Of a stretch of 64,000 nucleotides of DNA, positions 1-7,224 are shown in pieces. How positions within the stretch are numbered: position 1 is the first letter of the stretch; every line of letters starts with the position of its first letter. Under the pieces are notes generated by a model that had not been told where the DNA came from, did no database searches, and was given only the letters and a program-made list of their open reading frames with translations. The position numbers and the translations under genes are program-made. The stretch is from a virus, in the IMG/VR virus record IMGVR_UViG_3300018080_008188, positions 70,082 to 134,081 of that record, one strand, 5' to 3'.

Positions 1-12
1 AGATGTGCCACA

Positions 13-852
13 ATGTCCAGGCCATCCATTATCTGTAGCGTATGCTCCAAAAGCAAAAAGAACTGCTTGGTCAGCGGCTATCGGATGATTTGCGAATCGT
101 GCCATGCCAACAGCAAAAGAAAAAATTGTATCTGTACAGAATGTAAAGAAAAGAAAAGAATTTACTCTTCCAAGATGTGCTTTGCGTGTTTTTCGAAAGA
201 GCGATGGAGCGCGACACCATGCGAACGGTGCGGCTCGGTTCCAACGCTTGAAGGGAAATGCCGAACTTGCCGCTTGAAAAAGAAGATTTGTTCAAAATGC
301 GGAGTAACAGCCGTGATGGCATCAAAAAACATGTGCCACGCATGTTACAGGAAAAGAAGGCAAACCGAACGATGCTCGTCATGCGGCAGGGAATCCACCC
401 CATGCTTCAGAAACAGCGACGGAAGCATGATATGCAGGGCATGCTATCGCAAGCACAAACAACCAAAAAAGACCTGTTCGGCATGCGGAAAAACAAGCAT
501 TCTGTGCTCAAAGGGAATGTGTAGAAAATGCTGGATGAAAAGTCCAGACATGATGGCAAAAAGAGCATGCCGCTCGACGGAGGGCAGCATATCCGGACGG
601 AGCTGGAAAAAGCTTATGGACAGCCACTCATGGAGATGCTTCTATTGTGGGTCGAAGCTGCGCAGGCAAAACAGGTCCGTGGATCACATAGTTCCCAGGT
701 CCAAGGGCGGAAACAACGCTTTAAAAAACTTGGTACCATGCTGCAGATCCTGTAATTCGCGAAAAAGGAACAAAGACGCGTTGTTCTGGGCAACGAATGT
801 TTTTGGAGTCAAAAAGAAAATGATTCTGCGTATTTTGAGGGCATATCGATAA
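13..852 (+). CDS. HNH endonuclease with an N-terminal array of CxxC zinc-finger repeats
   Basis: C-terminal CFYC...SVDHIVPRSKGGNNALKNLVPCCRSCNSRK is a canonical HNH motif; 12 CxxC motifs precede it. Confidence 0.85.
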   Translation: MSRPSIICSVCSKSKKNCLVSGYRMICESCHANSKRKNCICTECKEKKRIYSSKMCFACFSKERWSATPCERCGSVPTLEGKCRTCRLKKKICSKCGVTAVMASKNMCHACYRKRRQTERCSSCGRESTPCFRNSDGSMICRACYRKHKQPKKTCSACGKTSILCSKGMCRKCWMKSPDMMAKRACRSTEGSISGRSWKKLMDSHSWRCFYCGSKLRRQNRSVDHIVPRSKGGNNALKNLVPCCRSCNSRKRNKDALFWATNVFGVKKKMILRILRAYR

Positions 853-1625
853 TGGCTACCGGACACAGGGTATTTTCAGACCTGTTTGATATTGAGCACT
901 TCGTAAAGCAGGTGGCAGTGTCCCAAGGCAAAAATCTGCTCATCGACTCCCTGCGCGAGCATTTCCGCAAGGACACGTTCTACAGATACGGAACCGACGC
1001 CTTCGGATTTCCGCTCACGCCGGATCTGACCGACCTTCCTCCGGACATCGGCGAGACGCGCACCACGCGCCTTTTCATCGGCGACATCTACAGGATGGAC
1101 AAAAGATACCTTCCGTCAATCACGGTTCGTCAGTCGGGCGGCAGCTACTATGCTATAAGCTTCAACCAGAACGAAACCACGAAATACAGGATCGACCTTG
1201 TGCTGGACGGTTACGGCGGTCGGTCCCTCCTCAAGGTTCCTACGCACAAGGTGTTTGTCGGGGGATGGAACCAGACATTCCAGGTGACAGTGGCTGCTGA
1301 AAGCATCCCAGACCGCGAGGAACTCGCGGACATCGTGTCGTCATACCTGATAGGCGTTACCAGGATTCCCACGCAGGAAGCGGGGCTGTTCATTAAAAAC
1401 GTGTCGTTCGGCGGTGAAAGCGAGGAGGACTGGGCGAACGAGAAGGTTTACCTGCAGAACATCAATGTGGAGACATTCTCGGAATGGAGGCGTGAGGTGC
1501 CCGTAAGCGGTCTTATAGAAACAATAAACTTCTGCTTCGATGTTGGAATATTCGGGTCCGATAGCACAGCAAACATCGTAACCACGCTCGGTCCCGAAGA
1601 TACGACGCTTGAAACCCCGATTTAG
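852..1625 (+). CDS. Virion structural protein, probable tail terminator/neck (tail-completion) protein
   Basis: 257 aa; start overlaps the HNH stop; lies just upstream of the sheath; LPSITVR and QVTVAAES..DREELADIV segments resemble tail-completion proteins; function mostly inferred from synteny. Confidence 0.45.
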   Translation: MATGHRVFSDLFDIEHFVKQVAVSQGKNLLIDSLREHFRKDTFYRYGTDAFGFPLTPDLTDLPPDIGETRTTRLFIGDIYRMDKRYLPSITVRQSGGSYYAISFNQNETTKYRIDLVLDGYGGRSLLKVPTHKVFVGGWNQTFQVTVAAESIPDREELADIVSSYLIGVTRIPTQEAGLFIKNVSFGGESEEDWANEKVYLQNINVETFSEWRREVPVSGLIETINFCFDVGIFGSDSTANIVTTLGPEDTTLETPI

Positions 1626-2119
1626 CCAGACCTTTCCCAATCCCTGACTGCGGCGCAGTTTAGGCATAGCATTTCGTGACCTTCCAGCTCTCTAACCAAT
1701 CTGTCCCACGACATATTTTTCGCCCTGCTGAATGCGAAAACCTTTCCTCCCTTCCAAAACCTGAAGACGGGCGACGGAAACATTCCTTGGCAGTCTGCAC
1801 ATATGCCTCCCCACATAGCGACAGCCGCTTCCACCTTTTCCTCGAATTTTGCCCGCTTGACGCTCTCTTGGCACTGCTTGCAGTAGCTCAGGGGCTTGCC
1901 GCTGCTGCGCCTTAGATGGAATTCTTCCAGGTCTTTTTCGCTGTTGCAGCGAACGCAGTATGCTTTGCCTTCCGGCGGCGACACGATGTACGATCTGCGG
2001 TTGTTGCTACCGAACGGTGAGCAGTCCAGGCAGAACTTTCTGCCAGAAAGCCTGACGGTTTTTCCATCCACATTGATTTGATTGGGGAAATCCTTTCCAC
2101 AGTTGCTACATTTTGGCAT
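1622..2119 (-). CDS. Zinc-finger / degenerate HNH-like protein (165 aa)
   Basis: Start reassigned to ATG 2119 (GGAGG upstream); CSNC, CLDC, CVRC, CKQC, CADC and LCLNC motifs as in phage HNH proteins, but the catalytic His residues are not evident. Confidence 0.6.
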   Translation of the reverse strand: MPKCSNCGKDFPNQINVDGKTVRLSGRKFCLDCSPFGSNNRRSYIVSPPEGKAYCVRCNSEKDLEEFHLRRSSGKPLSYCKQCQESVKRAKFEEKVEAAVAMWGGICADCQGMFPSPVFRFWKGGKVFAFSRAKNMSWDRLVRELEGHEMLCLNCAAVRDWERSG

Positions 2120-2135
2120 GTCGAGCCTCCTAATA

Positions 2136-2218
2136 TATGCGCACTTATTGATAGCATACAGAAAACCTAGCGGTTGCCTATGCCGCCTAAATATAGGTTC
2201 TATCAATAAAAACGCATA
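2136..2218. promoter_or_regulatory. Divergent pair of a conserved motif (CTATCAATAA-N3-CGCATA), candidate phage late promoters
   Basis: 2136-2154 (-) and 2200-2218 (+) are inverted copies matching at 16/19 nt; each points to a gene start (2119 and 2270); a third copy is at 34785. Confidence 0.55.
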
Positions 2219-2269
2219 GTCTTGAGGATTACGAATCCTTGGCATAAATCATGTGGAGGACTTCCCCAA

Positions 2270-4795
2270 ATGTCCAATATACCCGGAATTACAGGATATA
2301 TTCAACCTGATGCCCTTTCGCGCACCCGCACCCTTCAGAGGGCGGTTTCCATTCCAGGAGGATTGCGCGTTCTTTGCATCATCGGCGAAGGAAAGCGCGA
2401 AGAGGTCCTGGTGGACTCCGCCATTGGCGGAGGTGCCGATGGGCTGGACCCGACATTCACCAGCGCCGTTGGCGCTGTGGGACGATACTTCCAGACATCT
2501 TTTGCACCCATGGTTGAGAACAGGACCGAACTGTTCAAAAACGGGTCAACACTCAGAATCCTTGAAGACACTATCGATGCACAGTCGTTCTCGACACAAT
2601 ACGACGCTAGGATAGATCCAGAAACAGGTCAAATCGAGCTTCAGGGAGCCTCCATTGTGGATCAAGGGGGGTTGCTGTATAGCGCCAGCACAGGAAATGT
2701 CGGTGACGGATACCTGTCCACTCCTGTCCTTACTGACACAAATGCTCCAGCAGAAACCTGGACTATCAGATGCGCCAGCACCACCAAAGACAGCTATGGC
2801 GCGCCCATACGCGGTCAGGCAACCTTCACGGCGTCCGGAAGCGTAAGCGGGCAGCTGCTTGACGACTACGGACAGGCGTACACCTGGAAAAGCGACGGAA
2901 CGGCTGTCGACAACGGAGTGCTGCGCTTTGCAATATACAATCCGACCGGACAGCCGTTTGCGCAGGGCGACAGGTTCACCATCGAAGTGAGCAGCCATGT
3001 CCTACAGGACAGGGATTCCTTGGAGATCAGATATATTCCGGAGCTTGATATTAATGATCCGGAGACCTTCATCGACCCCGCAAAGCTGTACGAGAAGCAC
3101 GGGCAGCCAAGCCTGACCAACACTCTTTCCCTCGGCGCCCAAATGGCGTACGAGAACGGGGCTGCGGCCATCATGGCTCTACAGGCGGCTCCCCCTCTTC
3201 CGCGCAGGACGTCCGAAATCGTCCTGGCGGCGCGCGATGCGACTACAAGCCTCGGAGGCGCCTCTGGCGGCAGCGATGCTGAAGACTTGATCTTTCCGGT
3301 CGAAGCTCCTGGCAAACCCGACACCGACACCGCTGTTCATTTCTTCGTCATTGGAACGGACGGAGAAGAAACACAGATTTTTCCTAACAAGGTGGACTTC
3401 TATGACCCGGACATCACGGCGGCTTTCGCACAGTATGAAAGCAGCCAGTCCGATACGCTGCTGAAAGCCAGGTTCATGGACCCGGCGCAGACTGGCGTGC
3501 CGTATGCCTATACGGTTGTCAGTGACGATAAAATCGAGCAGGACGGGGCGGACGGATATCTGAACCCGTCTGGTGTGTCCAAGGCGATCTTCACTAGCGC
3601 ATCCATGCAGCTTACATCCGACGACCTAGGGAAAAACCTCGATTTTGTTACCGACACTGTCAATGAGGGGCGCTACGAGATTACGACCGTTATCAGCGCG
3701 ACTAGCGCCGAGGTGACGCGCGCATCCGGGAGCTTTGCGACCGAGACGACAATGAAGTGGCAGCTTCTTGCCTCCTCCGGAGAATCACAGCGTGTGCTGC
3801 TCACCAGCGACCTTGCGCTGGCTGCGGGGCAGGGTCTCAGAATCAGCTATATTGACTACAAGGACGCAGACTTTTTCGATGCCAACTGGGCCGATGCGAT
3901 CAGCGAACTGGAGAAGGTCGAAGCGCAAATTCTCGTTCCCATTCCAACCCAGACATTCAGCGCCATTCAGCAAGCCTTCAGGGTCCATGTCGAGCAAATG
4001 TCAACCATCTTCTATAAGAAGGAGCGCGTCCTATTTACTGGGGCGCAGGCTGGGCTTGATCCCTACAACGTCATCGGAACGGAGCTGGCCGCGGTGGAGG
4101 ACATAGGAATCCTGGAAGGCATCCAAGGAGACGACGCCGAAGAAATCCTTGCCGGAAACATCGAGGACCTCGCCAATTACGGGGTGTCCGCGAGCTTCGG
4201 CGACTCCTTTCGCGTAGTTTACTTCTATCCTGACGAGATCGTCAGGGTTGTCAACGGCTCCAGGGAAACGGTCCCCGGATACTACCTGGCGGCGGCTGCT
4301 GCTGGAAGGACTCAGGGAACGGTCAATGTGTCGATGCCGCTGACATTCAAGACGCTGACCGGATTCACAATCCTGAACAGCAAGCTGTACAGCCCCACGA
4401 TTCTGAATCAGCTTGGAAACGCAGGCATCACGGTCGTACAGCCCATCACGGGCGGCGGCAGGGTCCTTCACGGCAAAACCACCACGCAGAGCGGTGCTGC
4501 CGAGGAGGAGGAGATCTCCATCGTCTTCATCAGGGACCAGCTGTCCAGGACGACGCGCGCAAGGCTGCGCCCGTACATCGGCCAGCCGGAGGACCCGCTG
4601 CAGATTCCGACTCTCATCACGCAGATGACGAAACTGCTCGGGGCGTTCAAGTCCCAGAATCTCATCACCAAGTTCCAGAACCTTTCCGTGACGAGGGACG
4701 ATGTGGAGCCGCGGCAGTTCAATATTCGCGTTGAGGCGCGTCCGAACTACCCGTCCAACTGGTTCTTCGCGGACATCAGCGTCGGTGCCATCTAA
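2270..4795 (+). CDS. Contractile tail sheath protein (841 aa)
   Basis: ATG 2270 with GGAGGA RBS; C-terminal sheath domain (YLAAAAAG...LTFKTLTG...LGNAGITVV...TT...EEISIVFIRD...VTRDDVEPRQFNIRVEARPNYP); followed by tube genes. Confidence 0.9.
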   Translation: MSNIPGITGYIQPDALSRTRTLQRAVSIPGGLRVLCIIGEGKREEVLVDSAIGGGADGLDPTFTSAVGAVGRYFQTSFAPMVENRTELFKNGSTLRILEDTIDAQSFSTQYDARIDPETGQIELQGASIVDQGGLLYSASTGNVGDGYLSTPVLTDTNAPAETWTIRCASTTKDSYGAPIRGQATFTASGSVSGQLLDDYGQAYTWKSDGTAVDNGVLRFAIYNPTGQPFAQGDRFTIEVSSHVLQDRDSLEIRYIPELDINDPETFIDPAKLYEKHGQPSLTNTLSLGAQMAYENGAAAIMALQAAPPLPRRTSEIVLAARDATTSLGGASGGSDAEDLIFPVEAPGKPDTDTAVHFFVIGTDGEETQIFPNKVDFYDPDITAAFAQYESSQSDTLLKARFMDPAQTGVPYAYTVVSDDKIEQDGADGYLNPSGVSKAIFTSASMQLTSDDLGKNLDFVTDTVNEGRYEITTVISATSAEVTRASGSFATETTMKWQLLASSGESQRVLLTSDLALAAGQGLRISYIDYKDADFFDANWADAISELEKVEAQILVPIPTQTFSAIQQAFRVHVEQMSTIFYKKERVLFTGAQAGLDPYNVIGTELAAVEDIGILEGIQGDDAEEILAGNIEDLANYGVSASFGDSFRVVYFYPDEIVRVVNGSRETVPGYYLAAAAAGRTQGTVNVSMPLTFKTLTGFTILNSKLYSPTILNQLGNAGITVVQPITGGGRVLHGKTTTQSGAAEEEEISIVFIRDQLSRTTRARLRPYIGQPEDPLQIPTLITQMTKLLGAFKSQNLITKFQNLSVTRDDVEPRQFNIRVEARPNYPSNWFFADISVGAI

Positions 4796-4823
4796 GGCGC
4801 CGGCGCCCGCGCGCTGAGGAAGC

Positions 4824-5423
4824 ATGGCATCCGAATATCCGCAGACAGGAAGCAGAATCGACGACGACACGGTTCGCACCGGCCTTTCCACGCAGATGGT
4901 GGTCAAGTTCGACCATGCCACCGTCGGCGCGCTTCAGGAGCTTGCGATAAATCAAACGCGGGACATAGCGAGATGGGAGGAGATTGGAACGGACGGAATC
5001 GTCGACTCCCATCCGCGCCATGCGGCGCAGGTCAATCTGTCAGCAACCCGCATAGTGTTCGACGGCCTCAGGCTTCCGGAAGCTTTCGGAAGAGGATTTG
5101 TCAACTTACAGGCTCAGAGATTTCCTTTCGACATCCATATAATCGATCGCTCGGGCGGAGAAGGGGAATTCTCAATTGTCCACACATACCACAACTGCTG
5201 GTTCAACAGATATTCCACGCCGTACAGCGCGGGAAACTACATAATCTCCGAAGGGGCGGACATCTGGTGCGAGTTCGTCACTTCCATGCAGAACGGGAAG
5301 AATGTCGCCATCGGCGGAGCATCCGGCATAACGGTTGAGTCGGACAGCGTCGAGAGAAGCACGGACCTTCTCGGACAGCGCGGCAGCCTTGACTCTGCCG
5401 GGCTACGCACCATGCAGACATAA
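4824..5423 (+). CDS. Tail tube protein 1
   Basis: 199 aa directly after the sheath; EIGTDG, PFDI and HTYHNCWF..YS..Y pattern typical of myovirus tube proteins. Confidence 0.75.
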   Translation: MASEYPQTGSRIDDDTVRTGLSTQMVVKFDHATVGALQELAINQTRDIARWEEIGTDGIVDSHPRHAAQVNLSATRIVFDGLRLPEAFGRGFVNLQAQRFPFDIHIIDRSGGEGEFSIVHTYHNCWFNRYSTPYSAGNYIISEGADIWCEFVTSMQNGKNVAIGGASGITVESDSVERSTDLLGQRGSLDSAGLRTMQT

Positions 5424-5449
5424 AGAAAAAAACCACGGAGGATACGAGC

Positions 5450-6058
5450 ATGACCTATCCGGCAACGGGCTCGACTCTTGACAATGTCAACATTAGCACG
5501 GGCCTCAGCACCCAAATAGTCATCAGGGTTGGGGCTGTCACAGTGGGCGCCGTACAGCAGCTACAGGTTGCGCAAAACCGACCGATCTACAGGGGAGTCG
5601 AAATCGGGCTGGACGGCACGCTTGAGCTTGTGCCGAACCAGAGGACGGAAGTCACCCTGAACATCACAAGGCTGGTGTTCGACAGACTGAGGCTTCCAGA
5701 GGCTTTCGAGCGAGGGTTCATCAACATTCATGCGCAGCGATTTCCGTTCGACATCCAGGTGCTGGACAGGAGCGGCGGCGACGGCGAAAACATCGTGACC
5801 CATGAATATAAAAACTGCTGGTTTCAGCAGCTCCAGACGCCGTACAATGCCGACAACTACATCATCCTTGAGACCGCCACCATACAGGTCGAGGCAGCAA
5901 GCTCGACAGCCGGCGATGGAAACAAGAATGTAGCTAACGGAGGCGTTCGCGGGTTTGAGCCGTCCATCGACGACTACGAGCGCGAAGCCGACAGGGGCGA
6001 GCGGCGCGGCACGATGGATGTTCCAGGCGTCATCGCTGCGGCATTCTCAGAAGAATAG
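5450..6058 (+). CDS. Tail tube protein 2 (paralog of 4824-5423)
   Basis: Shares TGLSTQ, TVGA, LRLPEAF.RGF, AQRFPFDI, DRSGG.GE, NCWF and TPY...NYII with tube 1. Confidence 0.75.
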   Translation: MTYPATGSTLDNVNISTGLSTQIVIRVGAVTVGAVQQLQVAQNRPIYRGVEIGLDGTLELVPNQRTEVTLNITRLVFDRLRLPEAFERGFINIHAQRFPFDIQVLDRSGGDGENIVTHEYKNCWFQQLQTPYNADNYIILETATIQVEAASSTAGDGNKNVANGGVRGFEPSIDDYEREADRGERRGTMDVPGVIAAAFSEE

Positions 6059-6067
6059 CGACCCACG

Positions 6068-6097
6068 GTCCGGCGGAAACTCCGCCGGACTTCTCTT
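6068..6097 (+). terminator. Intrinsic terminator-like hairpin after the tube genes
   Basis: GTCCGGCGGA-AAC-TCCGCCGGAC perfect 10-bp stem followed by TTCTCTT (imperfect U tract, probably leaky). Confidence 0.6.
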
Positions 6098-6206
6098 CCC
6101 CTTCCGCCGGCAGGACGACTATGGCAGGCAAAAGCGACCCATCTTCATCGCATAGCGCTACAACAGAAACCGCCCCCGTTCGGGGAAGAAAGGACAAAGG
6201 TGTACA

Positions 6207-6773
6207 ATGGCAGAATTAAGGCATCCGACCATAGGAAAGGTCGGCAGCGGCGCACAGGTGCCGAATCGCTCCGGAAGCGCCGCAGGCGCATATGTATCAT
6301 CTCCGGCCGGCGACATTCTTTCCGGAGCCGCAGAGGCTGCGGAAAAGCAGCAGGGGCGCGCGGAAGAAGAAGAACATGCGGACATCACGTCTTCGCATAG
6401 CAGAAACGACCTGCAGTCGCTGGTGGAACTGGGAATGGTTGAAGACAGCATAACCATAGGCGCAAAAACATTCCGCATGCATACGCTTGACGACGATACG
6501 CAGGAAAATCTTCTCAAGCGCGCTTCGGAAGCGGGCGGAGCGGACGGATTCCTGATGCTCAGGCGCATGGTGGCCGCCATGGCAATAGAGACGGTCAACG
6601 GAAAGCCTGTCGAGAACTTCGCCGAAGGCTGTGAAAGCGACGACCCGGCGGACAGAAAAATATTCGTCGTTTCGAAGCTACAGAATGTAGTCGTCAACAG
6701 GCTTTATGAGTTCTACGAGCAGCTGGTCGGTCGCAGCAATGAAAACATCAATCCGGAGCAGGTAAAAAACTAG
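6207..6773 (+). CDS. Tail assembly chaperone (G-like product)
   Basis: 188 aa between the tubes and the tape measure gene; ends in the slippery sequence GTA AAA AAC TAG. Confidence 0.7.
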   Translation: MAELRHPTIGKVGSGAQVPNRSGSAAGAYVSSPAGDILSGAAEAAEKQQGRAEEEEHADITSSHSRNDLQSLVELGMVEDSITIGAKTFRMHTLDDDTQENLLKRASEAGGADGFLMLRRMVAAMAIETVNGKPVENFAEGCESDDPADRKIFVVSKLQNVVVNRLYEFYEQLVGRSNENINPEQVKN

Positions 6774-6797
6774 CGAAGGGGCCGTGGCACCGGCTCC
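6764..6797 (+). other. Programmed -1 ribosomal frameshift signal
   Basis: Heptamer A AAA AAC (6764-6770), 7-nt spacer, hairpin GGGGCCG-TGGCAC-CGGCTCC (6778-6797); the -1 frame is open to 7219. Confidence 0.75.
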
Positions 6798-7219
6798 GAT
6801 GGAAGCTCTGCAAAATCTGGGGAGTGCCCGCAGACGACCCGCGTTTCCTGAGAATAAACAACGCCCAATGGGTCTGGTATAGCGCCCAGATAGCGCAGGA
6901 CGAGGATGAAGAGTTTGAGCTGCTGCGCGACATGGCAGAGCACAATGCGATGTTCTGGAACCAGGAAGGCGTAAACCAGGTAAGGCAAGCGAGAAAGCGG
7001 ACATACAAGCTGAGCGACAGTGAGTTCGGAACCATGCTTGAATCCACTTTCGGTCGCAAGCTGAACGTGCCAGACGAGAGCAGTCGCATTCCCTTGGCAG
7101 TCCCGGCGGAAAAGAGCGCACCTTCGTCCGGCGGATGGAAAATGCGCGACGATGTTGATGCTGGAGCATATCTCGGAATGGAGCTTGACGATATTTCATT
7201 CACGCCCTTCAAGGAGTAG
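6770..7219 (+). CDS. Tail assembly chaperone C-terminal (GT-like) segment reached by -1 frameshift; fused product about 337 aa
   Basis: The -1 frame reads LAKGPWHRLRWKLCKIWGVPADDPRF... continuous with the 6824-7219 ORF; its own GTG start looks weak. Confidence 0.7.
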   Translation, partial: LAKGPWHRLRWKLCKIWGVPADDPRFLRINNAQWVWYSAQIAQDEDEEFELLRDMAEHNAMFWNQEGVNQVRQARKRTYKLSDSEFGTMLESTFGRKLNVPDESSRIPLAVPAEKSAPSSGGWKMRDDVDAGAYLGMELDDISFTPFKE

Positions 7220-7224
7220 CGCAA

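Noticed and set aside
6121-6219. 32-codon upstream ORF overlapping the chaperone start
   Set aside because: Weak RBS and no recognisable features; cannot be distinguished from chance.
6771-6852. Stop-codon read-through of the chaperone TAG, or genome-wide TAG recoding
   Set aside because: The zero frame closes again after about 25 codons. TAG, TGA and TAA all end genes cleanly throughout the window, and genes are not fragmented.
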